Assembly (NCBI GenBank): GCA_049287525.1
Contig: JBAQFZ010000081.1
Span: 1-32,000, forward strand
DNA: 32,000 nt
Source: Halobacteriota archaeon
Lineage (GTDB): Archaea > Halobacteriota > Syntropharchaeia > Alkanophagales > Methanospirareceae
Reading direction: 5' to 3'
Below the pieces are notes generated by a model. It did no database searches, was not told the origin of the DNA, and saw nothing but the letters and a program-made list of their open reading frames with translations. Below are positions 9,004 to 17,742 of this stretch, in pieces. Position 1 is the first letter of the stretch. Each line of letters begins with the position of its first letter. The translations under genes and the position numbers were made by a program.

Positions 9004-10293
9004 ATGGAAAGAAGGACTCCAAATGCCCTTATAAAAGAAAAAAGTCCCTACCTGCTGCAACATGCTTACAATCCAGTTAACTGGCACCCCTGGGGAAAAG
9101 AAGCTTTTAAACTTGCCAAAGAAGAGGACAAACCTATCTTTCTCAGTATTGGATATTCCACGTGTCATTGGTGTCATGTAATGGCACGTGAATCCTTCGA
9201 GAACGAGCAAACAGCCGGGATTCTCAATGCTAATTTTATTTGCATAAAAGTAGACCGTGAAGAGCGTCCGGACCTGGATGAAATCTACATGAAGGCTGTG
9301 CAGATGATGGCAGACACTGGTGGCTGGCCACTATCTGTCTTCATTACGCCAGACCTGAAGCCATTCTATGGCGGAACATACTTCCCACCTGAACCAGGAC
9401 ATGGCTTACCTGCCCTCAACGAACTTCTACGAACCATTGTAAACTTTTGGCGTGATAAGCGGGAACAGATTGAGCAAAATTCCGAACAGATAACACAGCT
9501 CTTGCGCAACTCGTACCTGCATAAGCCCCAGGCAGAAGCAGAAGAAATCTCAGTTGATCTTCTTGATAATGCTTATGACCAACTCGTCCTTCAATTCGAT
9601 TTAAACTATGGAGGATTTGGTGCCGATGTGGCTGCTTGGTCAGTAAAGAACCCAAAATTTCCATTACCCAGCTATCTTTCTTTCCTACTTCGATATTATC
9701 ATAGAACAGGGGAAGAATTCGCATTAAAAATGGTGACGAAGACTCTTTATGCGATGGCACACGGAGGAATCTTCGACCAACTGGGTGGAAGTTTTCATCG
9801 CTACTCAACTGATAACCGCTGGCTGGTTCCACATTTCGAGAAGATGCTTTACGATAACGCACTCTTAGCCCGGGTTTATCTTGAGGCATATCAAGCTACA
9901 CGTGACACGTTCTTTGCGCAGATTGCGACCGAGACTTTGGATTGGGTGTTGCGAGAAATGACTGACACCAACGGCAGCCTCTACTCCGCAGTAGATGCTG
10001 ATAGCGAAGGCATTGAAGGCGCTTTCTATGTATGGTCACCCATTGAGATAAAATCGGCTCTCGGTGAAGCGGCAACTTCAGCAACTCAATTTATCCTCAA
10101 CAATCTAAGAAAAGAGGGGCAATTATTTAGATGTTATCGGGACCGCGAAGCTTCAATACCTGGGACTCTTGAAGACTACGCCGGTCTTACCGCGGCATTA
10201 CTCGACTTATATGAAGCCAGTTTTGAGCCTAAATGGCTACGTGAAGCGCTCCAACTGAATGATAGTATGGTGGAGATGTTTGTTCTGGGATAA
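9004..10293 (+). CDS. Thioredoxin-domain protein of the DUF255/YyaL (SPATA20-like) family, N-terminal fragment of a frameshifted gene
   Basis: Contains [18 protein letters not shown] and [14 protein letters not shown]. The track start is GTG at 8977, but ATG at 9004 behind GAGGGAG fits family N-termini better. The frame ends at 10293, while the family sequence continues in another frame. Confidence 0.75.
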   Translation: MERRTPNALIKEKSPYLLQHAYNPVNWHPWGKEAFKLAKEEDKPIFLSIGYSTCHWCHVMARESFENEQTAGILNANFICIKVDREERPDLDEIYMKAVQMMADTGGWPLSVFITPDLKPFYGGTYFPPEPGHGLPALNELLRTIVNFWRDKREQIEQNSEQITQLLRNSYLHKPQAEAEEISVDLLDNAYDQLVLQFDLNYGGFGADVAAWSVKNPKFPLPSYLSFLLRYYHRTGEEFALKMVTKTLYAMAHGGIFDQLGGSFHRYSTDNRWLVPHFEKMLYDNALLARVYLEAYQATRDTFFAQIATETLDWVLREMTDTNGSLYSAVDADSEGIEGAFYVWSPIEIKSALGEAATSATQFILNNLRKEGQLFRCYRDREASIPGTLEDYAGLTAALLDLYEASFEPKWLREALQLNDSMVEMFVLG

Positions 10294-10813
10294 AACGAAT
10301 GGAGGATTCTTCTTCAATCGCTTTGGAGAAACAGAGCTTCCTGCATCCATAAAAGAAGCATACGATGGTCCAATTCCTTCTGGTAATTCGATTGCCGCAC
10401 AGAACCTGATTCGGATTGCGGCACTGACTGACAACGAAAAACTGCGAATACTGTCTAAAAACCTTTTTCTCACATTCGGAGAACAACTGGAACAGAGCCC
10501 GTTAGAGCACACACAAATGCTTTGTGCACTCGATTTCTATCTAAGCGGCCCTACACAAGTCGTAATAGCAAGTCAAAAGATAGAAGAAGCGCAGGTATTT
10601 GCAGTCGAGATTTGCCGGCATTTTATGCCCAATAAAGTTATTGCATTCACATGGTCTGGTGCGGACGACGAACTTTCAGGTCGGATACCGCTGATAAAAG
10701 AGAAGGCAGTCATTCAAAGCAATCCAACCGTGTATATCTGTGGAAATTACACTTGCAAAGCACCTATTACCGATCTGGACGATTTGAGACGAGCACTATC
10801 TCGCCACGAGTAG
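10259..10813 (+). CDS. DUF255/YyaL family, C-terminal fragment (frame-shifted continuation)
   Basis: 184-aa ORF with [12 protein letters not shown]...[23 protein letters not shown] and a C-terminal [14 protein letters not shown], matching the family C-terminal region. It overlaps the end of the upstream fragment. Confidence 0.7.
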   Translation: MIVWWRCLFWDKTNGGFFFNRFGETELPASIKEAYDGPIPSGNSIAAQNLIRIAALTDNEKLRILSKNLFLTFGEQLEQSPLEHTQMLCALDFYLSGPTQVVIASQKIEEAQVFAVEICRHFMPNKVIAFTWSGADDELSGRIPLIKEKAVIQSNPTVYICGNYTCKAPITDLDDLRRALSRHE

Positions 10814-10869
10814 TTGCGGTTAATAAACTTTATAGGTAATACTTACCTTTGTAAAAATGAGAGAGGGAA

Positions 10870-11733
10870 ATGATATTTGATGCCCGTGTGCGGCCACCAT
10901 ATAAGAGTCTTCAACAGGTGCTTGCATCAGCACCTGGAACTCGTCCATCAGTCAAACGCAGTCCGCTTATAAGTGGATATGAACGTCCACAGTCAATGGT
11001 CCAGAAATCGCTCTTGTTATTCATGGAGGAGATGGATGAAGCTGGTGTTGACACGGGAATACTGGTGGGCAGGCAAGCAGGGCATCGCGTTGTCTCAAAC
11101 GACGAGATAGCCGAACTACGTGAGATGTACCCCGAGAGATTTCCCGTTGCCCTCGCGGGCATTAACGGTAGCGAGATGGTATTAGCATTAGAAGAGATTG
11201 AACGTACCGTTAAGGGTATGGGGTTTAAAGGGATTGCTTTAGATCCCGGGTGGTGGGTTCCCCCGCTCTACGTGGACGACAAGCGTATCTACCCTATTTA
11301 TGCCAAATGTGCGGAGCTCAGTGCTGTGCTGTATCTCACCAGCAGCCTCATGCAGGGACCTGATATCTCGTATGCCGAGCCATTTCGGATTCAACGAGTG
11401 GCGAATGACTTCCCGACATTACGGATAGTAGTGGTTCATGGTGCATTTCCCTTCACCCATGAGATGCTCGGTGTCATGATTGCAAACGCATCATTAGGGA
11501 ACCTGTGGGTATTGCCCGACTTCTTCCAGTTCATCCCGGGTTTTCCCGGTGCTCAGGACTGGGTAGATGCTGCCAACCACTTCCTCGGCAATCGGATACT
11601 TTATGGCTCTTCGTATCCGGTGAGACCCTTGAAGCAAAGTCTTGAGGAGTTCAGGCGATTCTCTTATAAGCCTGAGGTGCTGGATAATCTGCTGTGGAAG
11701 AATGCGGCGAATTTGTTTGGGATAAAGATATAA
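10870..11733 (+). CDS. Amidohydrolase-2 (TIM-barrel metal-dependent hydrolase) family protein
   Basis: 287-aa ORF with GAGAGGGA directly upstream of the ATG. Motifs such as GFKGIALDPG, VVVHGAFPF and ILYGSSYP are typical of amidohydrolase_2. Confidence 0.7.
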   Translation: MIFDARVRPPYKSLQQVLASAPGTRPSVKRSPLISGYERPQSMVQKSLLLFMEEMDEAGVDTGILVGRQAGHRVVSNDEIAELREMYPERFPVALAGINGSEMVLALEEIERTVKGMGFKGIALDPGWWVPPLYVDDKRIYPIYAKCAELSAVLYLTSSLMQGPDISYAEPFRIQRVANDFPTLRIVVVHGAFPFTHEMLGVMIANASLGNLWVLPDFFQFIPGFPGAQDWVDAANHFLGNRILYGSSYPVRPLKQSLEEFRRFSYKPEVLDNLLWKNAANLFGIKI

Positions 11734-11740
11734 TACACTA

Positions 11741-11749
11741 TTTTTTTTT
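11741..11749 (+). terminator. Oligo-T tract (T9), archaeal-type terminator candidate after the amidohydrolase gene
   Basis: Nine consecutive T residues begin 8 nt after the TAA stop at 11731-11733. Confidence 0.5.
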
Positions 11750-11922
11750 GTAGTTTGCTAATATTTACTTTATAATATTGAAAGTCATTTAATAGCACTG
11801 CTTTCTTCATCCCGAATAAGTGCTTATATATCTTCTTTCTATGAATGCAACATGGATAGCTGCTGTCATCGTCTTAAAGAGCCGGAAGTTTTAAATATAT
11901 GCCCTCTAATATGCTATAATTA

Positions 11923-12291
11923 ATGAAGATCAAAATAAACTACCATGGACGATACGGAGATTGGGGTTACTACCCGAATAGAATGTTTGCTGTTACTATC
12001 CCCTACTTCCTGTTCAACTTACTTGACCTCATCATCACAAAAATAGCGCTTGCAACCGTTGATAAACTGCACGAACTGAATCCCTTTTATCATCATCCGT
12101 ATTTCCCGACTGTGAAGATCTTCGTGCCGGTTCTTCTACTCGCACTTTATCTTTCATTATATTATCTTAATAAATCAGAGTTTGGGCGTCAGGTGGTGGG
12201 GAAGATGGGATTATATTGTTTAATTGCTTTGACTCTCTTATCCATGATCATCTGTATTAATAACGTATGTCAACTGGCAATGGCGGTGTAA
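11923..12291 (+). CDS. Small multi-pass membrane protein (DUF5658-like)
   Basis: 122-aa ORF with 3-4 hydrophobic spans. LFNLLDLIITKIAL...HELNPF resembles the DUF5658 E-x-NP motif. The assignment is from memory. Confidence 0.55.
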   Translation: MKIKINYHGRYGDWGYYPNRMFAVTIPYFLFNLLDLIITKIALATVDKLHELNPFYHHPYFPTVKIFVPVLLLALYLSLYYLNKSEFGRQVVGKMGLYCLIALTLLSMIICINNVCQLAMAV

Positions 12292-12299
12292 CGTAAAAG

Positions 12300-12554
12300 A
12301 TGACCGGGGTGTGGCTATGGATAATGCCGAGCGGGAAGATATACCGTGTGATGACGAACCCTATAGACGGCACGATAAAAGTGTACGATCCGAGTGGCAA
12401 GTTAACGCGGAGCGAGGAAAACCTGACTGAAGCAGCAGTAAAGACTTTAGAGAAGAACTTCCTCGCGGTCGTGGCAACAAGGGTAAAAGTAAAAGTAAAA
12501 GGAGAAGAGCCCGAAATGGAAATAACGGATGATACCGCGTGGTATATACGATAA
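12300..12554 (+). CDS. Small hypothetical protein with a C-terminal (VK)3 repeat
   Basis: 84-aa ORF beginning 8 nt after the upstream stop, with an alternative ATG at 12324. (GTAAAA)3 at 12483-12500 encodes VKVKVK. It shares a Y-x-V...G..VY-x3-GKL...VKVK module with the C-terminus of the 29290-29817 product. Confidence 0.5.
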   Translation: MTGVWLWIMPSGKIYRVMTNPIDGTIKVYDPSGKLTRSEENLTEAAVKTLEKNFLAVVATRVKVKVKGEEPEMEITDDTAWYIR

Positions 12555-12608
12555 GATAACATCAATAATATGTAGTAAAGTAAGTATGGCTATGTTAATG
12601 AGGAAAGG

Positions 12609-12623
12609 GTGGTAATGCGGTAA
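12609..12623 (+). promoter_or_regulatory. 15-nt leader element GTGGTAATGCGGTAA, 4 nt upstream of the cobA ATG
   Basis: An exact copy lies at 29270-29284, 5 nt upstream of another ATG. It contains a GGTAA-TGC-GGTAA direct repeat and the minimal ORF ATG-CGG-TAA, preceded by a purine-rich SD-like GGAAAGGGTGG. Confidence 0.4.
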
Positions 12624-12627
12624 AGAA

Positions 12628-13368
12628 ATGGGGACTGTATATCTCGTGGGTTCCGGACCTGGCGACCCTGAACTGCTAAGTTTGAAGGCGTACCGACTTA
12701 TAAAGGACGCAGATGTGATATTAGTTGACAATTTAGTGTTGGGTGTGAAGCAGTTGATTCCTGAAGATAAGGTCGTGATAGACATCGGTAAAATAGCGGG
12801 AAAACACAAACTCTCGCAGGACGGGATAAACTCGCTTCTTGTGGAACTGTCGGAGAAATACGATAAGGTCGTGCGGTTGAAAGGTGGAGACCCATATATA
12901 TTTGGTAGAGGCGGGGAAGAAGCGGCATTTTTGAAGGAACATGACGTTGCGTTTGAGGTGGTGCCCGGCATAACCTCGGCGGTTGCAGTGCCTGCTTCTT
13001 TTTACATACCGCTTACGTTCCGTGGCATTTCTTCTTCGGTTACTATCATCACAGGGCACGAGATGGATGCGAAAGAAGACACTATAAACTGGGCGGCAAT
13101 AGCGAATTTGAAGGGAACACTCGTTATATTGATGGGTGTGGGGAACCTCGTCAAGAACGTTGAGGCACTTTTGACGCATGGTATGCGTGCGGAAACACCC
13201 GTGGCGGTGATTGAAAAGGGGTTCACCGTAGATGCGAAGCTTGTGACAGGCACGCTGGATAACATCGTGGCGGTAGCAAAAGAAGAGAATGTGAAGCCTC
13301 CGGCAGTGGTCGTGATTGGTGAGGTGGTTGATTTAAGGGAGAAGTTGAGCATAAACAAAATTAATTAA
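12628..13368 (+). CDS. cobA: Uroporphyrinogen-III C-methyltransferase (SUMT)
   Basis: 246-aa ORF with GTVYLVGSGPGDPELLSLKA, RLKGGDPYIFGRGGEE and VVPGITS, the canonical SUMT motifs. Confidence 0.9.
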   Translation: MGTVYLVGSGPGDPELLSLKAYRLIKDADVILVDNLVLGVKQLIPEDKVVIDIGKIAGKHKLSQDGINSLLVELSEKYDKVVRLKGGDPYIFGRGGEEAAFLKEHDVAFEVVPGITSAVAVPASFYIPLTFRGISSSVTIITGHEMDAKEDTINWAAIANLKGTLVILMGVGNLVKNVEALLTHGMRAETPVAVIEKGFTVDAKLVTGTLDNIVAVAKEENVKPPAVVVIGEVVDLREKLSINKIN

Positions 13369-13369
13369 T

Positions 13370-13443
13370 GCTCCGGTCGGGATTTGAACCCGAGTCCTTG
13401 GCTCGAAAGGCCAAGATGATTGGCCGAGCTACACTACCGGAGC
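13370..13443 (-). tRNA. tRNA-Glu (anticodon UUC)
   Basis: The reverse complement is GCTCCGGTAGTGTAGCTCGGCCAATCATCTTGGCCTTTCGAGCCAAGGACTCGGGTTCAAATCCCGACCGGAGC. It has a 7-bp acceptor stem (GCTCCGG/CCGGAGC), an anticodon stem TTGGC/GCCAA with loop CTTTCGA (UUC), and a T-arm TCGGG-TTCAAAT-CCCGA. No CCA is encoded. Confidence 0.9.
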
Positions 13444-13531
13444 AACACGTAGAGGTTAACTAAAGAAGGGGGGACCATGCCCCACAACAACGCTCTACCT
13501 CTTTCTTCACACACAGAAAAGTTCGCTTTAT

Positions 13532-13852
13532 TTAACCAAACAGCGCAGCTAACCCTTCTACACTGGTCTCTTCTGCCTTCTCCTCTTCTTTCTTCTCTTC
13601 CTTTTCCTTCGCTGGTTCTGCCGCTGGTGCCGCTGCCGGCGCTTGTGCCAATGGTGCTGCTACGGGTGCGTAAACAGGCAGAGCTTGTGCCATCGCTTCA
13701 TCTATATTGACTTCGCGGAGCGCGGATATCAATCCTTTTATCTTACCCTTATCTGCTTCAATCCCAGCAGCGTCCATTATCGCACTTACACTGTCCTCCG
13801 TTATCTCCTTGCCCGAATTATGCAGGAGCAATGCTGCATATACATATTCCAT
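13532..13852 (-). CDS. rpl12: Ribosomal stalk protein P1 (archaeal L12e)
   Basis: 106-aa ORF: [17 protein letters not shown]..., an Ala/Pro-rich hinge, and an acidic tail [11 protein letters not shown]...GLAALFG. GGTGA Shine-Dalgarno 8 nt upstream of the ATG. Confidence 0.9.
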   Translation of the reverse strand: MEYVYAALLLHNSGKEITEDSVSAIMDAAGIEADKGKIKGLISALREVNIDEAMAQALPVYAPVAAPLAQAPAAAPAAEPAKEKEEKKEEEKAEETSVEGLAALFG

Positions 13853-13917
13853 CTCTTCTCACCTCTTTCTCTATTCTTTTACTTCCTATACTACATTTCA
13901 ATATATAAATAAACTAA

Positions 13918-15522
13918 ATGAAGTATATTGTAGTGACCGGTGGTGTGATGAGTGGACTTGGAAAGGGCATCACAATGGCGTCCATCGGTAGGATATTGAA
14001 GAACCGTGGCTACGAAATCGTGCCGATAAAAATTGACCCGTACATCAACATAGATGCAGGCACGATGAATCCGTTTCAACATGGCGAGGTGTATGTCCTG
14101 GCTGATGGTGCGGAGGTGGACCTCGATCTGGGCAATTACGAGCGGTTTATGGATGTGGAGCTGGGAAGAGAGCATAATATCACCACGGGTATCGTGTATT
14201 CCGCAGTGATAGAGCGAGAGCGACGGGGTGAATATCTGGGACAGACGGTGCAGATAATACCGCATGTGACGAATGAGATAAAGACACGCATAAGAAGCGT
14301 GGCAGCGAAAAGTGGTGCTGATATTTGCCTCGTGGAGGTGGGTGGTACGGTGGGCGACATAGAGAGCATGCCCTTTTTAGAGGCAGTCAGACAGATGCAG
14401 GGCGAGGAGACGGGAAATGATTTCCTCTTCGTTCACGTTACTTTAGTGCCTTTTACTACCTTAGGGGAGCCGAAGACGAAGCCGACTCAGCATTCGGTAA
14501 AGGCACTCCGGGAATTAGGTCTGCAGCCCGATATAATCGTATGCAGAACGGAAAAGGCACTAAAAGAGGATGCGAAGAGGAAGATAGCGATGTTCTGTAA
14601 TGTCCGTGATGAAGCGGTGATTAGTGCACCGGATACGGAAGAGATATACGAGGTGCCGCTATTGCTTGAACAAGAGGGCATTGCCACTTATATAATGAGG
14701 AAACTGCAATTAGAGCAGTTAACAGAAGACAACGAATGGGCGAAGATGGTAGAGCGGCGTAAAGCTCTGGCTGCCGTGAATAAGACGATATTAATAGCAA
14801 TAGTGGGCAAATATGCAGAGCTGGAGGATTCGTATTTGAGCATAAAAGAAGCGATAAAGCACGCTGCTACTGCGATAAGGTGCAAAGTCGAGCTGAAATG
14901 GATAGAGGCAGAGGATCTGGAAGTGGAAGATACGATAAACCCGGTTTTTTATGCAGTTCATGGTATACTCGTGCCCGGTGGATTTGGCGTTCGTGGTGCG
15001 GAAGGTAAGATAAAAGCGATAGAATATGCGAGGACGAATAAACTACCTTTTCTTGGATTGTGTTTCGGATTCCAGTTAGCGGTGATAGAAGTAGCGAGGG
15101 ACGTGGCAAATTTGACGGATGCAAATAGCTCCGAACTTGGTGATACGCCACATCCAGTAATCTCGCTCTTAGAAGAGCAAAAAGGCATGAAGGATAAAGG
15201 CGGTACGATGAGACTGGGTAACTACGTGGTGTTTATAAGAGATGACACAGTAGCAAAGAGGGTCTATGGCAAAAAGAAGGTAGTAGAAAGACACAGGCAC
15301 AGGTATGAGGTAAACCCGGAGTATATAGAGAGATTAGAGCGAGAAGGAGTGGTCTTCTCAGGTACGGACAGAAGTGGCTGGAGGATGGAGATACTGGAGA
15401 TTACCGAGCATCCGTTCTTCTTTGCTACCCAGTTCCATCCGGAATTCAGGTCGAGGCCGAATAAGCCGTCACCACCGTTTACTGCGTTTTTAGAGGCGTG
15501 TGCACGCGAACACGAATATTAA
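13918..15522 (+). CDS. pyrG: CTP synthase
   Basis: 534-aa ORF with [17 protein letters not shown] at the N-terminus and a glutamine amidotransferase domain containing GLCFGFQ and HRHRYEVN. Confidence 0.95.
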   Translation: MKYIVVTGGVMSGLGKGITMASIGRILKNRGYEIVPIKIDPYINIDAGTMNPFQHGEVYVLADGAEVDLDLGNYERFMDVELGREHNITTGIVYSAVIERERRGEYLGQTVQIIPHVTNEIKTRIRSVAAKSGADICLVEVGGTVGDIESMPFLEAVRQMQGEETGNDFLFVHVTLVPFTTLGEPKTKPTQHSVKALRELGLQPDIIVCRTEKALKEDAKRKIAMFCNVRDEAVISAPDTEEIYEVPLLLEQEGIATYIMRKLQLEQLTEDNEWAKMVERRKALAAVNKTILIAIVGKYAELEDSYLSIKEAIKHAATAIRCKVELKWIEAEDLEVEDTINPVFYAVHGILVPGGFGVRGAEGKIKAIEYARTNKLPFLGLCFGFQLAVIEVARDVANLTDANSSELGDTPHPVISLLEEQKGMKDKGGTMRLGNYVVFIRDDTVAKRVYGKKKVVERHRHRYEVNPEYIERLEREGVVFSGTDRSGWRMEILEITEHPFFFATQFHPEFRSRPNKPSPPFTAFLEACAREHEY

Positions 15523-15685
15523 ATATGAAAAGCACAACGACACCGAGTTACTCGAGTGTATGGGGAGTTTTGTGTGTTTCCATACATACATCTCTGTGAA
15601 TAATTTATTTGCCGTTTGGATTTAATATTTTTGAGCACGGACGTAAAATATAATAAGTAATGAAAAAGTATCTGAGCAGGTAGAG

Positions 15686-15928
15686 TTGAGCAAAGAGTTG
15701 AATGAATATCTCAATTCCTGGTCTGAAACAGTTGTGGAAAGGGTGGAGGAGAAGCAAAAGGGGATAGGACTCGGAGCGGGATTCACAGCAATCGTAAATC
15801 TCTCCGGCAAAATCGGGATTCAAGTAACGACCAGAGAAATTACAAGGGATGTCATAAAACCAAGAATGAGCGATCTGATAGATGCAATAAATAAAATAAG
15901 ACAGTGTAATACTGAAAAGTGTGAGTGA
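15686..15928 (+). CDS. Hypothetical small ORF (TTG start), possibly a gene remnant
   Basis: 80-aa ORF with no ATG or clear SD. The Gly-rich segment GIGLGAGFTAIVNL resembles LAGAGIGAVLTV of the 4750-5541 product. Confidence 0.25.
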   Translation: MSKELNEYLNSWSETVVERVEEKQKGIGLGAGFTAIVNLSGKIGIQVTTREITRDVIKPRMSDLIDAINKIRQCNTEKCE

Positions 15929-16190
15929 AACAAAAGAGAAGACAGACGGAGAGAGGTTCCAAAATTTGCTCTTCAGTCTTGCAATCTCTCAGTTCAAATT
16001 AGATGATTTTAAGAAAGGTAGAGAATATTTCGAAAAATCAAATGCGATCAGGGCTAAATTGAGTGACCAGAGAGGGGTTTCAATCAATTATAAAAGAATT
16101 GCTGATGTTTTACTCTGGAAAGGGCGTTTCAAAGAAGCAACGGAGCGAAAGAATCAGGTTACGAGGCGAGTTAAGCGTTTTTTTACTTGA
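15921..16190 (+). CDS. TPR-like fragment, probable remnant
   Basis: 89-aa ORF with 1-2 TPR-like helical pairs (LAISQFKLDDFKKGREYFEKSNAIRAKL...IADVLLWKGRFKEA). It overlaps the preceding ORF and the 3' end of nnr. Confidence 0.25.
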   Translation: MSETKEKTDGERFQNLLFSLAISQFKLDDFKKGREYFEKSNAIRAKLSDQRGVSINYKRIADVLLWKGRFKEATERKNQVTRRVKRFFT

Positions 16191-17742
16191 ATTCTTTCAT
16201 AACCCCTGGAATACTCTCTATCACATCCGTAGCCAGCAGCCCGTACCCTTTCTCTTCATATGCAAGATCACCCGCAGCGCCAGAGACAAAAGCAGCAGCT
16301 GATGCCACTTTTAACGGGTCGTCCGCAATGGCAAAGAACGCACCCGTAATACCTGATAAGACATCCCCCGTACCGCCAACGGTCATTCCCGCATTACCGC
16401 TAAAGTTTAGCTTTACTCTCACACCGTCAGAAATAAGATCGGTATGACCCTTCAACAATGTAACCACCCGGTTCTGCATTGAAAACTCTTCTACAAACGC
16501 CATCCGCTCTTCCATCCTATCTTCTGCGGGCACTTTCACACCCTTCTGACCTGCTATTGTCATCTTTGCAAATTCGCCTGCATGGGGTGTTACAATAACA
16601 TGCTTATCTTCTACCTCCACCGGCAGGTGTAACCCGTAGAAGCCATCCGCATCCACCACCACTTTATTTGCCGCCTCGATTATCAACCGCGTTGCCCTTC
16701 TCGTATCCTCTTCTGCACCCAGACCCATTCCTATCACCACCACGTCATGTTCTTTCATCAAGTTCGATACCGCTGGCACGTCCTTCTCTACCAATACCGC
16801 AGCAGAAAGTGGTTGGACAATCAGATTGGGTGATAATGATGAAATAACAGAAGAAACGCTTTTAGGTGCTGCAATTGTTACCCAGTCGGCACCTGAACGT
16901 AAAGCAGCAAGAGCAGCCAAAGTTGGTGCACCAAAGAACGGACCACCGCCTACTATCAATACTCGACCGTTATCGCCTTTATGTGCGCTTGCTTTTCGCG
17001 TTACAACCATACGCACATCGCCAGGTCCTGTCAGCCTTACCATACCTTCGGGAATACCAATATCAGCCACCACTAACTCGCCGGCTCCTTCTTTTAGCAG
17101 CCCCTTCTTCGCACGGTGGAACGTGACCGTGAGGTCGGCACGAACTGCCGTTTCCGCTTCTCCGGAATCCGGGTCTAATCCCGAAGGCACGTCCACAGCA
17201 AGAACGAATGCGGTTGTCTCGTTAATCAAAGCAATTGCCGTAGCTTCTGGCTCTCTTATCGTACCTTTTACGCCCGTTCCAAGGATTGCATCTATTACCA
17301 CATCCGAACTGTTTAAAATCGCTCTTTTCGCTTTTAATTCTGACGAATCGGTTATTTCGGTCATGTCATGTCCGGTTTCTTTTAAAATTCGCCAGTTCCT
17401 CCTTGTCTCTTCTGTTCTCAAATCCATTGCACGTCCAATCAATATGATCTTCAGGTCATAGCCATAGCCGTTTAAATGCCGTGCGGCAGCAAAAGCATCG
17501 CCGCCATTATTACCTTTACCTGCTAATATCGTTACTTTTACGTGTTCCGCGTGGCGTTTCGCAGGAAATCGCTTCTTTAGCTCATGTGCTATCTCAGCGC
17601 CAGCGTTTTCCATTAGTTGTAACGGTAAAAGCCCCCGGAATTCACAGTTCTCGTCTAAAGCAGCCATCTCCCCGGATGTGATGCTCTCTTCCTTCGCTAA
17701 TTTCCATTCTTTATTCTTTAAATACCCCTCTGAGTACCTCAT
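16183..17742 (-). CDS. nnr: Bifunctional NAD(P)H-hydrate repair enzyme (epimerase + ADP-dependent dehydratase)
   Basis: 519-aa ORF. The YjeF_N part has LMENAGAEIA and AGKGNNGGDAF. The C-terminal carbohydrate-kinase part has GDNGRVLIVGG and GGTGDVLSG. Confidence 0.9.
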   Translation of the reverse strand: MRYSEGYLKNKEWKLAKEESITSGEMAALDENCEFRGLLPLQLMENAGAEIAHELKKRFPAKRHAEHVKVTILAGKGNNGGDAFAAARHLNGYGYDLKIILIGRAMDLRTEETRRNWRILKETGHDMTEITDSSELKAKRAILNSSDVVIDAILGTGVKGTIREPEATAIALINETTAFVLAVDVPSGLDPDSGEAETAVRADLTVTFHRAKKGLLKEGAGELVVADIGIPEGMVRLTGPGDVRMVVTRKASAHKGDNGRVLIVGGGPFFGAPTLAALAALRSGADWVTIAAPKSVSSVISSLSPNLIVQPLSAAVLVEKDVPAVSNLMKEHDVVVIGMGLGAEEDTRRATRLIIEAANKVVVDADGFYGLHLPVEVEDKHVIVTPHAGEFAKMTIAGQKGVKVPAEDRMEERMAFVEEFSMQNRVVTLLKGHTDLISDGVRVKLNFSGNAGMTVGGTGDVLSGITGAFFAIADDPLKVASAAAFVSGAAGDLAYEEKGYGLLATDVIESIPGVMKEFK

